Source: Thermoplasmata archaeon UBA61 (GTDB taxonomy: Archaea > Thermoplasmatota > Thermoplasmata > Lutacidiplasmatales > UBA184). Taken from it: DNA of 64,000 bases. Within the stretch, counting starts at the first letter, position 1; each line of letters begins with the position of its first letter. The position numbers were made by a program, and so were the translations under genes. Of the stretch, positions 37,958 to 47,342 are shown in pieces. The notes beneath the pieces are model-generated. The model was not told where the DNA came from. It did no database searches and saw only the letters and a program-made list of their open reading frames with translations. The stretch spans positions 108,435 through 172,434 of the forward strand of contig DASW01000007.1 in the NCBI GenBank assembly GCA_002503985.1, in the 5' to 3' direction.

Positions 37958-38962
37958 ATGGAGCCGCCAACCCTTTCCAATTCTTCTTCTTCCTCGACAC
38001 CGGTTATTCCCCGCAGGGCACCCCGGCGGTCTCGACCGACGTCCCGGTGGCCCGACCGGGTGTTCTTTGGCATCGTCACCGCCGTAGGGGTCTCGGTCAT
38101 TGGTCTCGCGGCGGCGATCGTCGGGATCCTCGCCTACGGCTCCCGCTATTCGATCCAGGTCTTCGGCTTCTCGTTCCTCTGGGGGACGGTCTGGAGCCCC
38201 ACTACCAACGTCTTTGGGGTGGTGCCGGTCGTCGTCGGAACGCTACTCACGAGCGCCATCGCCCTCCTCATCGCTATCCCGCTCGCCCTAGGCTCGGCGA
38301 TCTTCCTCACGACCCACGCGCCGCGATGGCTCCGCGGTCCGGCGGGTACCGCGGTCGAGCTCCTCGCGGCAGTTCCCTCCGTGATCTATGGGCTCTGGGG
38401 AATCTATGTGGTCCATCCCTACATGGCGTCGACCATCGAACCCGGATTGAAGCAGTACCTCGGGTTCACCGGCCTCTTTGACGGCACGCCGATCGGGCTC
38501 GACGTGCTCACCGCGAGCGTGATCCTCGCGATCATGGTCATCCCTACCATCTGCGCCATTAGCCGGGACACGCTGGCCGCGGTCCCCCAGGCCCAGAAGG
38601 AGGCCGCCCTCAGTCTGGGCGCTACCGACTGGGAGACAACCCGCGTTGCCATGATCCCCTACGCCCGATCTGGGATCATCGGCGGCATTATTCTCGGACT
38701 CGGACGAGCGCTGGGCGAAACGATGGCCGTGACCATGGTGATCGGCAACGCTGACCGGATCCCGACTTCCCTCTTGTCGCAGGGTCAGACGATTGCGAGC
38801 CTCATCGCGAACGAGCTGCTCAGTAACAGCGGACCTCTCCAGGAGTCCGCCATCCTCGAGGCCGGTCTCATCCTACTGGTCATCGCTCTCTCGGTGAACA
38901 TCATCGCCCGGCTCCTGGTGTGGCGCGTGCTCAAGGGTGGGGGAGGGGGAATCGTCGAATGA
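37958..38962 (+). CDS. pstC: phosphate ABC transporter permease
   Basis: 6 TM. EAA-like loop region. Confidence 0.9.
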   Translation: MEPPTLSNSSSSSTPVIPRRAPRRSRPTSRWPDRVFFGIVTAVGVSVIGLAAAIVGILAYGSRYSIQVFGFSFLWGTVWSPTTNVFGVVPVVVGTLLTSAIALLIAIPLALGSAIFLTTHAPRWLRGPAGTAVELLAAVPSVIYGLWGIYVVHPYMASTIEPGLKQYLGFTGLFDGTPIGLDVLTASVILAIMVIPTICAISRDTLAAVPQAQKEAALSLGATDWETTRVAMIPYARSGIIGGIILGLGRALGETMAVTMVIGNADRIPTSLLSQGQTIASLIANELLSNSGPLQESAILEAGLILLVIALSVNIIARLLVWRVLKGGGGGIVE

Positions 38963-39840
38963 GGAAATTCGACCGCTACGCTCGCCGCAAGCTCTTGAGC
39001 CAGATCATTGCCGTGCTCACTGGGCTCTGCGTCCTAGCCGTCCTCTACCCACTCGTGAGCATCGTGTACGAGTCGTTCCTTCAAGGAGGGGCCGTTCTCT
39101 TCCAGGCCCAGTTCCTCACGTCGGAGGCACCCAACGCCTGTTCGGCAATCTCGTGCAAGACCGTCGGAATCGGACCCGCCGTTCAGGGGACGCTGATTGT
39201 CGTCGGCCTCGCCGCGGCCATCTCGGTCCCGGTGGGCATCCTCGCCGCCATCTTCGCGTCCGAGTACCGCGCTCGGGGCCTCGGGCGGGCGGTCAGCTTT
39301 ATCGCGGACGTCCTCACCGGAGTACCCTCCATCATCATGGGGGCGTTCATCTACGGTTACTTCGTCATCTACTACCCGCAAATCGCCCTCAGCTTCTACA
39401 CGGGCGCACTCGCTCTTTCCGCCATCATGATCCCGATCGTCGTGCGGACGACCGAGGAGGCCCTACGAGTGGTCCCCAACTCCATCCGGGAAGCCGCACT
39501 GGCCCTCGGCATCTCGAAGTGGAAGGCCACGCTTCGAATTGTCCTGGTCGCCTCGTTGCCGGGCGTCGCCACAGGGGTCCTGCTCGCGGTCATGCGAGCC
39601 GCGGGCGAAGCGGCCCCGCTTCTCTTTACCCTGGGCTACTCCACGCTCTGGTTCCAGGGCTTCAACCACCCGGGGGCGAACCTACCGATCCTGATCTACA
39701 CCTTCGCTCTGAGCCCGTACTCGAACCAGGTTAAGGTCGCCTGGGGCGCCACGCTTTTCCTCCTCATCCTCATCCTTGTCGTGAATGTGATTTCGCGACT
39801 GGCGATCCATCGGATGCGGGTCCGGATGGGAGGAATCTAG
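38959..39840 (+). CDS. pstA: phosphate ABC transporter permease
   Basis: ATGA overlap with pstC. 6 TM. Confidence 0.9.
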   Translation: MRKFDRYARRKLLSQIIAVLTGLCVLAVLYPLVSIVYESFLQGGAVLFQAQFLTSEAPNACSAISCKTVGIGPAVQGTLIVVGLAAAISVPVGILAAIFASEYRARGLGRAVSFIADVLTGVPSIIMGAFIYGYFVIYYPQIALSFYTGALALSAIMIPIVVRTTEEALRVVPNSIREAALALGISKWKATLRIVLVASLPGVATGVLLAVMRAAGEAAPLLFTLGYSTLWFQGFNHPGANLPILIYTFALSPYSNQVKVAWGATLFLLILILVVNVISRLAIHRMRVRMGGI

Positions 39841-39846
39841 AGTACC

Positions 39847-40602
39847 ATGAACCCAACCAAGCTCAAGGTCGACCACCTCACTGCCTACTACAGCGAGAAA
39901 GCCGCGATCACCGATGTCTCCATCGAGTTCCCCGAACGAGCCGTCAGCGCCATCATCGGACCGTCTGGCTGCGGAAAGTCGACGTTGATCCGCTGCCTCA
40001 ACCGTATGCACGAGACCGTCGTCCGGACCCGGGTGGAAGGGCAGGTCCTGCTCGACTCGGAGGATATCTACCAGCTTGACCCCGTGCGGGTGCGCCGACG
40101 GATCGGGATGGTCTTTCAGAAGCCAAATCCGTTCGTCACGATGTCCATCTACAACAACGTGAGCGCCGCGCTTCGATTCAACGGACGACCTTCGAGGGAG
40201 GAGACCGACCGGCAGGTGGTGCGCAGCCTCCAGCAGGCGGCCCTCTGGGACGAGGTCAAGGAACGGATCGACGCGCCCGCGGTCTCCCTCTCCGGCGGCC
40301 AGCAGCAGCGGCTCTGCATCGCGCGGGCACTTGCGGCGGAACCCGAGGTCCTTCTCATGGACGAGCCGTGCTCGGCCCTGGACCCAATCGCCACCGCGAA
40401 GATCGAGGAACTGATCAAGCAGTTGAAGACGGAGTACACGCTCGTGATCGTCACGCACAACATGCAGCAGGCGGCCCGCGTCGCCGATTACACCGCGTTC
40501 ATGTACCTCGGAAAGCTCATCGAGTTCGGACCGACCGAGGAGTTGTTCGAACGGCCGAAGGATTCTCTCACGGAAGCGTACATCACAGGAAGGTTCGGAT
40601 GA
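39847..40602 (+). CDS. pstB: phosphate ABC transporter ATP-binding protein
   Basis: Walker [10 protein letters not shown], signature LSGGQQQR, Walker B LLMDEP. Confidence 0.95.
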   Translation: MNPTKLKVDHLTAYYSEKAAITDVSIEFPERAVSAIIGPSGCGKSTLIRCLNRMHETVVRTRVEGQVLLDSEDIYQLDPVRVRRRIGMVFQKPNPFVTMSIYNNVSAALRFNGRPSREETDRQVVRSLQQAALWDEVKERIDAPAVSLSGGQQQRLCIARALAAEPEVLLMDEPCSALDPIATAKIEELIKQLKTEYTLVIVTHNMQQAARVADYTAFMYLGKLIEFGPTEELFERPKDSLTEAYITGRFG

Positions 40603-41360
40603 ACAAAGATCCCCTCGCCGACACAGGACGACCCCGCGGTTACGACCTCGAGATCCGTCAGCTGAAGGCTCGCGCGGTGGCGATGGGAGAATGGGCGTTC
40701 GCGATGGTCCGGGACGGATGGCGAGCGTTCTGCGGGGGGGACCTCGTGGCCGCGCAGGCCGTTCTCGACCGAGGTACCGAGCTCGACCGGCTCGATGAGG
40801 ACATCGAGCATGCAGCCATCGCCTTCCTCGTCCTTCGCCAGCCCACGGCCGGCGACCTGCGGACCGCCGCCGGTTTGCTGAAGATCACCACGCATCTTGA
40901 CCGGATCGGTCGGCTCGGGTTCGACATGGCCCGAATCACCACCGAGGGCGCTCCCAGTGAACCCGCGGACCTCCGAGAGGTTCTCGAACGGATGGACTCC
41001 GTGGTCGAATCGATGGTCAGCCAATGCCTCGAGGCCTTGGGACACGACCGAGCGGACCTCGCTCGCGACCTGTTCCGCAGGGACGATGAGGTCGACCAGC
41101 TCCATCGCGATGCCAACCGGATTATCCTACGGGAGCTGAACGCGAAAACCAGCAATACGACCCGGGTCGCGGACGACCTACTCGTGGCGCGTCATTTCGA
41201 GCGAATCGCCGACAATGCCTGCAAGGTTGGGGAGAAGACGGTCTATGCACTCAGGGGTCAACGACGGTCGGAGTACCTGCCCCGCCACCGCTACATACCC
41301 TACACCCTCGAGGGACCGACGTCGACACCGAGAACGACAGATGATTCGCCTCCCGTCTGA
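40599..41360 (+). CDS. phoU: phosphate uptake regulator
   Basis: ATGA overlap with pstB. Two PhoU repeats. Confidence 0.85.
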   Translation: MNKDPLADTGRPRGYDLEIRQLKARAVAMGEWAFAMVRDGWRAFCGGDLVAAQAVLDRGTELDRLDEDIEHAAIAFLVLRQPTAGDLRTAAGLLKITTHLDRIGRLGFDMARITTEGAPSEPADLREVLERMDSVVESMVSQCLEALGHDRADLARDLFRRDDEVDQLHRDANRIILRELNAKTSNTTRVADDLLVARHFERIADNACKVGEKTVYALRGQRRSEYLPRHRYIPYTLEGPTSTPRTTDDSPPV

Positions 41361-41489
41361 CGGCGACTTTGCCTTCGATTAACGAGGCCGTCTGTTTCGA
41401 ACTTCCCTGATTCGTGGTCTCGGGTACACCTTGACCATCGTTCACCCGGCGGTGAACGTACATATTCTCCTTGCAACAGACATCGGACT

Positions 41490-41864
41490 GTGCCCTACAA
41501 GGATCCTGCTAAGCGACGTGCGTACAACCTGGCCTATCGGCGAGAGTACTATCGGAGTCACAAGGTCGAATACCTCGCCAAGAACCGGGTTCGGAAGAGG
41601 GCGGCCCGACAATTCCTCTCAGGTGTGAAGCGACGCAATCCTTGCGCCCGATGCGGAGAATCCGACTTGCGATGCCTCGACTTTCATCATCGAGGTGGTC
41701 ATGAGAAACTCGCAGGGTTGTCTATCATGGCAACGGACGGGGCTGCGATTGCCTCCCTGGAAAGGGAACTGCGCAAATGTATCGTCCTTTGCAAGAACTG
41801 CCACGCGAAGGAACACTTCAAAGGGACCGGCGATTCAGGGAAACGGCCGGGGACGCTCCCGTAG
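41490..41864 (+). CDS. free-standing HNH endonuclease
   Basis: Motifs CARCG...DFHH...CKNCH. GTG start. The 3' end overlaps the tRNA 5' end by ~10 nt. Confidence 0.75.
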   Translation: MPYKDPAKRRAYNLAYRREYYRSHKVEYLAKNRVRKRAARQFLSGVKRRNPCARCGESDLRCLDFHHRGGHEKLAGLSIMATDGAAIASLERELRKCIVLCKNCHAKEHFKGTGDSGKRPGTLP

Positions 41865-41954
41865 TCTAGTCCGGTCAAGGATAGAGGGCCTTCGAGGCGC
41901 CCCATGGGGCGTCGAGGAAACCCTCCAACGCGGGTTCGAATCCCGCCGGGAGCA
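41855..41954 (+). tRNA. intron-containing tRNA, probably tRNA-Glu(UUC); ~25-nt intron at about 41895-41919
   Basis: 7-bp acceptor stem GCTCCCG/CGGGAGC. D-loop AGTCCGGTCAA. T-arm GCGGG-TTCGAAT-CCCGC. Discriminator A. Anticodon stem GAGGG/CCCTC is interrupted by a 25-nt insert that folds as a relaxed bulge-helix-bulge. The spliced loop would be CCTTCGA. Confidence 0.6.
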
Positions 41955-41997
41955 TCCCAAACATGGTTTAATACCGCCGTACTGACATGCCGAAACC

Positions 41998-43302
41998 GTG
42001 CCTCGGTCTCCGATGGGCGGTATCGAGATCCGCGAGTTCCTTTCCCTTCCGAGCCTCAGGGCTTGGTATGAGAACGTAGCTCGAGGGTCACGGATCACGG
42101 CCGACGTCTACTCTCGTTCCCTACGCCTATTCTGTCACCTGACAGAGAAGGACCCATCCTCGCTGCTTCGACTTGCGGAGCCACAGCTCCATTCAATCCT
42201 GCTCGAGTTCGTGACCGCCGAGGAGAAACGGAAGCAGGCGGGCAGCTCGACGGCGACCCACCTCAAGGCGGTGAAGTCGTGGCTCGCGTTCAACGGTATC
42301 CGCATCACCCGACCCGTCAAGGTCCGTCGCGTGCAGGAGACGCCGACACTCGCGGAAGAGCGTACCCCCACCCAAGACGAGCTGCGCCGAGTGTTGCTCG
42401 CAGCGACCGCTCGAAACCGAGTATCCTGCGCGATGATGGCCTTCTCGGGCGTTCGTCCAGAAGTCCTCGGGAGTTACCTCGGCGATGACGGTCTCCGCGT
42501 CAAGGACCTCCCGGAGTTGCGGATCCGCGGCTCCGAGGTGCGTTTTGAGCGAACCCCGGCGACGGTGGTGGTCCGCTCCACTCTCTCCAAAGCCGGACAC
42601 CGATACTTCACGTTCCTGGGGGAAGAGGGGTGCGGGTACGTCGCCGAGTACCTCCGCTCGAGAGTCAAGGAGGGAGAGACCCTCGGTCCCGAGTCCGACA
42701 TCGTTCACGCTGAGGCCGGCCACAGCACCCTGCGTGGAGGAAACACGTTCATCCGGACAACCAACGTCGGGGATGGAATCCGTCTCGCCCTACGGAAGGG
42801 GGGTTTCCCGTGGCGTCCGTACGTGCTTCGTGCCTACTTCGATACCCAGTTGCTGCTTGCCGAGTCGAAGGGCAAGGTCGCCCACGACTACCGAGTGTTC
42901 TGGATGGGGCACAAGGGATCGATGGAGGCCCGGTACACGACCAACAAAGGACGCCTCCCGCAGAATCTCGTCGACGACATGCGCGATGCATACTGTCGGT
43001 GCGAACCGTTCCTGTCGACAGTCCCCTCACGAAACGAGCAAGATGCCCAAGCAAAGATGGCGAAGACCATGTTGATGGGCCTTGGCTACACGGAGGCAGA
43101 GCTCGCCGCGATTGACTTCGAGAATCTGGACGTCACGTTATTCCAAGACCTCGTCACGAAGAAGATGGTCTCCTCAGGTGCGGGTGCAAAGCAGCAGCTC
43201 GTAGACGCGGGCGATCTTCCCCGCTACCTCGAACAGGGCTGGACTGTCGTCACCGCGGTCAATGGACACCAAGTCGTGCTGAATCCACCGGCGTCACGAT
43301 AA
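41998..43302 (+). CDS. tyrosine recombinase/integrase (phage integrase family)
   Basis: C-terminal catalytic region with R...HxxR (HDYR)...Y. 434 aa. Lies immediately 3' of the tRNA. Confidence 0.85.
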   Translation: MPRSPMGGIEIREFLSLPSLRAWYENVARGSRITADVYSRSLRLFCHLTEKDPSSLLRLAEPQLHSILLEFVTAEEKRKQAGSSTATHLKAVKSWLAFNGIRITRPVKVRRVQETPTLAEERTPTQDELRRVLLAATARNRVSCAMMAFSGVRPEVLGSYLGDDGLRVKDLPELRIRGSEVRFERTPATVVVRSTLSKAGHRYFTFLGEEGCGYVAEYLRSRVKEGETLGPESDIVHAEAGHSTLRGGNTFIRTTNVGDGIRLALRKGGFPWRPYVLRAYFDTQLLLAESKGKVAHDYRVFWMGHKGSMEARYTTNKGRLPQNLVDDMRDAYCRCEPFLSTVPSRNEQDAQAKMAKTMLMGLGYTEAELAAIDFENLDVTLFQDLVTKKMVSSGAGAKQQLVDAGDLPRYLEQGWTVVTAVNGHQVVLNPPASR

Positions 43303-43648
43303 GCCGGAACCATCCGACCACCTTCGCCGCATACTCCTGACGGGGGATCTCGTCGGGTTCGCCAAGGACCAGGATCCGCAGAGGGTGGGAAGGGTCGAGA
43401 CTCTGGGCCATCGCCTTCATCTCGCGCAGGGAGACCAAGAGGTCCGCACCCCCGAAGCGCACGAGGGATGACGACCGGGAGGCAGTAGTGAGGGCTCCCG
43501 CCCTGGAAATCGGTGTTCCGCGGGCCATCCCGGTCGCCACCGAAGTCGTCGAGCGAGTCCTGCCATAAGAATCGAGTTTCCCCGATGAAGCGTGGAAGCT
43601 GCTCGGCGTCGAATCTCCGTTCAGATTCCGCCGGGTGAAGTAGCCCAA
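43259..43648 (-). CDS. hypothetical protein (weak)
   Basis: ORF only. Overlaps the integrase 3' end. Confidence 0.2.
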   Translation of the reverse strand: MGYFTRRNLNGDSTPSSFHASSGKLDSYGRTRSTTSVATGMARGTPISRAGALTTASRSSSLVRFGGADLLVSLREMKAMAQSLDPSHPLRILVLGEPDEIPRQEYAAKVVGWFRLIVTPVDSARLGVH

Positions 43649-43675
43649 TAACCCCGAATCGGCGCTCGCCTATGC

Positions 43676-46600
43676 ATGGACAGCGGACCCGTCCATCGCG
43701 AACTGTTGCTGCCGACGCCGACCAAGGACCCGCCCGAAATCCCGCCGCTCGTCTGGGCCTCGTCGACCCCGTTCTGGCTGGAGATCCACCGAGAGACGAC
43801 CGGACGAGTGCGATACTCGCTCGGTTCCAGCTCCGTATCGGACCTCGAGGCGATGCTCGCCTGCCTCGAGAGCACGCGCCCCCGCTTGACGGGAGGCGCG
43901 CCGATCGAATGCTTCGCCGCGACGCTCGTTCCGGAAGGGGTCTATGCTCGGGCCGTACCCGTCCAGAAGCACCACCACCTGCCCATCCAGGTCCAACCCA
44001 AGGTGGACAGCGCGAGCTTCCTTCTGCGGACCCTCGGTTCGCGGACGCTGCGCGACCACGACGTACTCCTGCAGCTCCTATTTCGAAGGGTCCGAGGCTG
44101 GGAATCGAGTTTCTTCTCGCCCCTCTACGATACGGTCGCCCAGCGCCAGGCCCACCAGCTGAGGGGCCAGATGGAGGTTCGCCAGGGCGAAGCCGCCTAT
44201 CACGTCGAGCTGAGGACGAACATCAAGGGACCACAGCCGGAGGAGGCGCTGACCGCGCTCGGTGCCTGGCTGGGGCAGTGGACGACCACTGGGGGAGTGC
44301 CCTGGAGGCGGTGGAAGGTCATCCGCCCCAGGGCGGAGTGGGGATTCCACGCGGCTCTGGCCAGCCACGACCTCCGCCGATACTCGAGCAGGAAGGCCCG
44401 TCGGAACGTTTCCGGCACGGAGCTCGCGCATCTGCTCAGCATACCTTGGGCCACTCACCACCCGGAATGCTCCTACGCCGGGGCGCCTCGTAGCCAGCCG
44501 GCGCCAGAACTCGTCGTGCGTCCGTCCTCTTCCCCCAGCTCCCCCGCCGACGCGCGGCTCATGGTTGGGGTCAGCGGCTCTCGCCGGGTCACACTTCCGC
44601 GGGAATGGAACCACGTTGCCATACTTGGCAGGACCCAGTCGGGTAAGTCGACTCTCGCCCTCAATCTCGTCCTCCAGACGCTGAGAAAACACCCCAACTC
44701 CACCGTCGTCGTGATCGAGCCCACCGGGACGCTGGTCGAGGGGATCGTGTCGCGACTTCCCCGCGAAATCGCCTTGGAGACCGTAGAGATCGACCCCGCC
44801 CACGCCACCTTCCAGCAGGGTGACGCGACCATGGTCTCGGTCCCCCTCTCGTTGCTCCTGCCGCCGGAGCGGGCGGACGAATTGCCTTCGGTCCGCGATC
44901 GCTGGTCGGAGGCGCTCGCGGGCGACCTCCTCGCCGCGATCCGGAGCGCCTGGGGGGAGGAGAGCATCGGGGGCCGGGCCGAATTCGTCCTGCGCGCACT
45001 GGTGCAGGGCCTCGCACTCACGCCCGGCTCGAACCTGGTCGACGCCTACCACATCCTCACTTCGAAAACCGCGCTCCAGCGGTTTGTCAAGTCCGCGCCG
45101 CCCGGGCCGCTGAGAGACTTCCTCGAACACCACCTCCCTCGCCTCGACTACACGTTCACGATGTCGTCCCTCGACAAGGTCGGTAAGGTTGCAACCAATT
45201 CCCTCCTCCGGATCGCGCTCTGCCAGCGGAACCACGCGGTCTCGTTCGACCGGCTGCTCGGGCATCGCCTGCTCCTCCTGAACCTCTCCAAGGCCGCCCT
45301 GGGAGCGGACGGGGCGAACTTCCTGGGGGCGATCTACCTAACCCAGCTCTGGGCCGCCGTTCAGCGGAGCGGACGGCCGGATCGGCCGGTCTACCTGGTC
45401 CTCGACGAGGTCCACAACTACGCCGTCCCGGCGCTCGCCGACATGCTGAGCGAGGGGGCGAAGTTCGGGCTCCACGTCGTGGCCATCACCCAGTACCTCC
45501 ACCGGGTGCCGCTGAGGGTCCGGGCGGCCCTCCTGGGGAACGTCGACGCTTGGTTGCTCTTCTCCCTCGGGACGGAGGACATGGACGACGCGTGGAAGAT
45601 CGTCAACGGGGAGACCCACGGGTGGCTACCTCAGGACCTCGTGGACGGGCTCCGGCCTTACGAAGTCGCGATGGCGGTGTCAGGAGACCTTCTGAAGCTG
45701 GGAACGCGCCCCAGCCCTCCTCCAGACGCGCAGGCGAACGACCTGAGGGACGTCGTGACGACGAGCTCTCGAAGGTATGCCCAGCCCGAGGACTCGGAGG
45801 CGTCGCCCTGGCTTGTGGGTCAGGAAATGGTTGAAGTCATACTCAGGGGGCTATCGATTCAGCCCAAGACACGCGAGGAGCTAGCCGCCGAGACTGCGCT
45901 GGCAGCAAATCGACTGGACGGAGCGCTCAGCGTCTCCATCACCTCTGGAGATATTGAACAAGAGCCGACTCACGGGAAGTTCCGCCTGACTTCCCGCGGA
46001 GACTTCCACCTCCGGGCGCTCGAGTCGCGGAGGAACGAGGGGTCGGACCACTCTGACCTGCTAGCGGACGGCGTAGCCCCTCTTCAGGGTCTCCGGCCAC
46101 GGGTCACGGCGCAGGGTGGAGTGCTCCCTCAGCCGGACGGCGTATTCGAATGGAACGGGCAGACCTACAATCTGGAGGTGGAGACGAGCAACTTGGTCAA
46201 GCACCCGGAACAGGTAGTCCGCAATCTTCGGAAGGCTCTGGCGATGGAACGACCGTGCCTCTTTGTAGTTCCGGACCGGGAAAGCGCCGGACAGCTCTTC
46301 CAAATCCTGGCCCGAGCCGCCCCCGAGGTTGCGCTTTGGAGGGAGTTCGGGCTGATGTGGAAGGAAGGGCCGGGAAAGTTCCTTCCCTACATCTCGGGCT
46401 CCGGGCAGCCATGGAGCTTCTTGATCGATGGAAGGGGGTCCGCGGGGGGTGTGGTTCCACCGAGCACAATCTTTCCCCAGGCCATCAGTTCGGCGGATTC
46501 GGACCTTTCCCGAGTGCACCTTCGTGTCAAACAACTCTTGGCCGAAGGCAAGTCAGAGGCGACCTTGCAAGACTTCGCCGATCTCTTCGGTCCTGGCCAG

Positions 46601-46819
46601 GGCGGTGTCCTCGAACGGCAGCGCCTTGGGATGGCCCTCATCGCCCTTGGTGTGAAGAGCCGAAGGGTCCGCACGGCGGACGGCCAGGAGCGCGTCTACG
46701 ACATCGGTCAACTGGCAGATTCGGTTGGCAGCTCACAAGACGGGGCTACGAGGCCCGCGGACCACAGTCGCAACGAAGGCGACAACGGGAACGATTCCGG
46801 GGTCGGACCGAACAACTGA
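43676..46819 (+). CDS. large HerA/FtsK-superfamily (DUF87-type) ATPase, candidate conjugative coupling/DNA-translocating ATPase
   Basis: Walker A GRTQSGKST and Walker B YLVLDEVHNY. 1047 aa with long N- and C-terminal extensions. Confidence 0.75.
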   Translation: MDSGPVHRELLLPTPTKDPPEIPPLVWASSTPFWLEIHRETTGRVRYSLGSSSVSDLEAMLACLESTRPRLTGGAPIECFAATLVPEGVYARAVPVQKHHHLPIQVQPKVDSASFLLRTLGSRTLRDHDVLLQLLFRRVRGWESSFFSPLYDTVAQRQAHQLRGQMEVRQGEAAYHVELRTNIKGPQPEEALTALGAWLGQWTTTGGVPWRRWKVIRPRAEWGFHAALASHDLRRYSSRKARRNVSGTELAHLLSIPWATHHPECSYAGAPRSQPAPELVVRPSSSPSSPADARLMVGVSGSRRVTLPREWNHVAILGRTQSGKSTLALNLVLQTLRKHPNSTVVVIEPTGTLVEGIVSRLPREIALETVEIDPAHATFQQGDATMVSVPLSLLLPPERADELPSVRDRWSEALAGDLLAAIRSAWGEESIGGRAEFVLRALVQGLALTPGSNLVDAYHILTSKTALQRFVKSAPPGPLRDFLEHHLPRLDYTFTMSSLDKVGKVATNSLLRIALCQRNHAVSFDRLLGHRLLLLNLSKAALGADGANFLGAIYLTQLWAAVQRSGRPDRPVYLVLDEVHNYAVPALADMLSEGAKFGLHVVAITQYLHRVPLRVRAALLGNVDAWLLFSLGTEDMDDAWKIVNGETHGWLPQDLVDGLRPYEVAMAVSGDLLKLGTRPSPPPDAQANDLRDVVTTSSRRYAQPEDSEASPWLVGQEMVEVILRGLSIQPKTREELAAETALAANRLDGALSVSITSGDIEQEPTHGKFRLTSRGDFHLRALESRRNEGSDHSDLLADGVAPLQGLRPRVTAQGGVLPQPDGVFEWNGQTYNLEVETSNLVKHPEQVVRNLRKALAMERPCLFVVPDRESAGQLFQILARAAPEVALWREFGLMWKEGPGKFLPYISGSGQPWSFLIDGRGSAGGVVPPSTIFPQAISSADSDLSRVHLRVKQLLAEGKSEATLQDFADLFGPGQGGVLERQRLGMALIALGVKSRRVRTADGQERVYDIGQLADSVGSSQDGATRPADHSRNEGDNGNDSGVGPNN

Positions 46820-47072
46820 GCGCCCGGTACGCGCCGACCTTGTGCCGACGGTGCCGACGTGCCAGTGTATGAGGAAAGAGGGTACGTTCTATCGGCACAG
46901 CAGGGTCGACACAATCATCGGCACTGAATTCGGTCAGTGGTCTCGAATGGCTCAGGACTCGCCGACGGTTGTCGTCATGCGAGCGAATCGCCCGTGATCA
47001 CCTGCCTCCGCCACGCGGGAGGGGCCCACGAACGAAGTGAGTGGGAGGGACCCGCGCCAAGCCGCCGGCTCG

Positions 47073-47336
47073 TTAGGGGAAAAACGCTCGCATATCCTTT
47101 CGCGAGACCTCAAGGATCCTCGCACCTGTCACGGCCAGAACAATCCCGACCGCCAGGATCGCGAAGAACGCTCCCACGTTGAACCCGGACGCATCGGGAA
47201 GGCATCCCGGGTCCGCGACGCACGCGTTGAAAACCGCGAGGGCTTCCACGCCCGCCGCGATGAAGATCAGACCGACCGCGAGAGTGACCTCTCCCGCGCC
47301 ACGGAACGCGAAGGCGGCTCGAACGTTCCCCGCCAT
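47073..47336 (-). CDS. small membrane protein (2 TM)
   Basis: Hydrophobic segments. Lies directly downstream of the DUF932-like gene. Confidence 0.35.
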   Translation of the reverse strand: MAGNVRAAFAFRGAGEVTLAVGLIFIAAGVEALAVFNACVADPGCLPDASGFNVGAFFAILAVGIVLAVTGARILEVSRKDMRAFFP

Positions 47337-47342
47337 TGTCCC

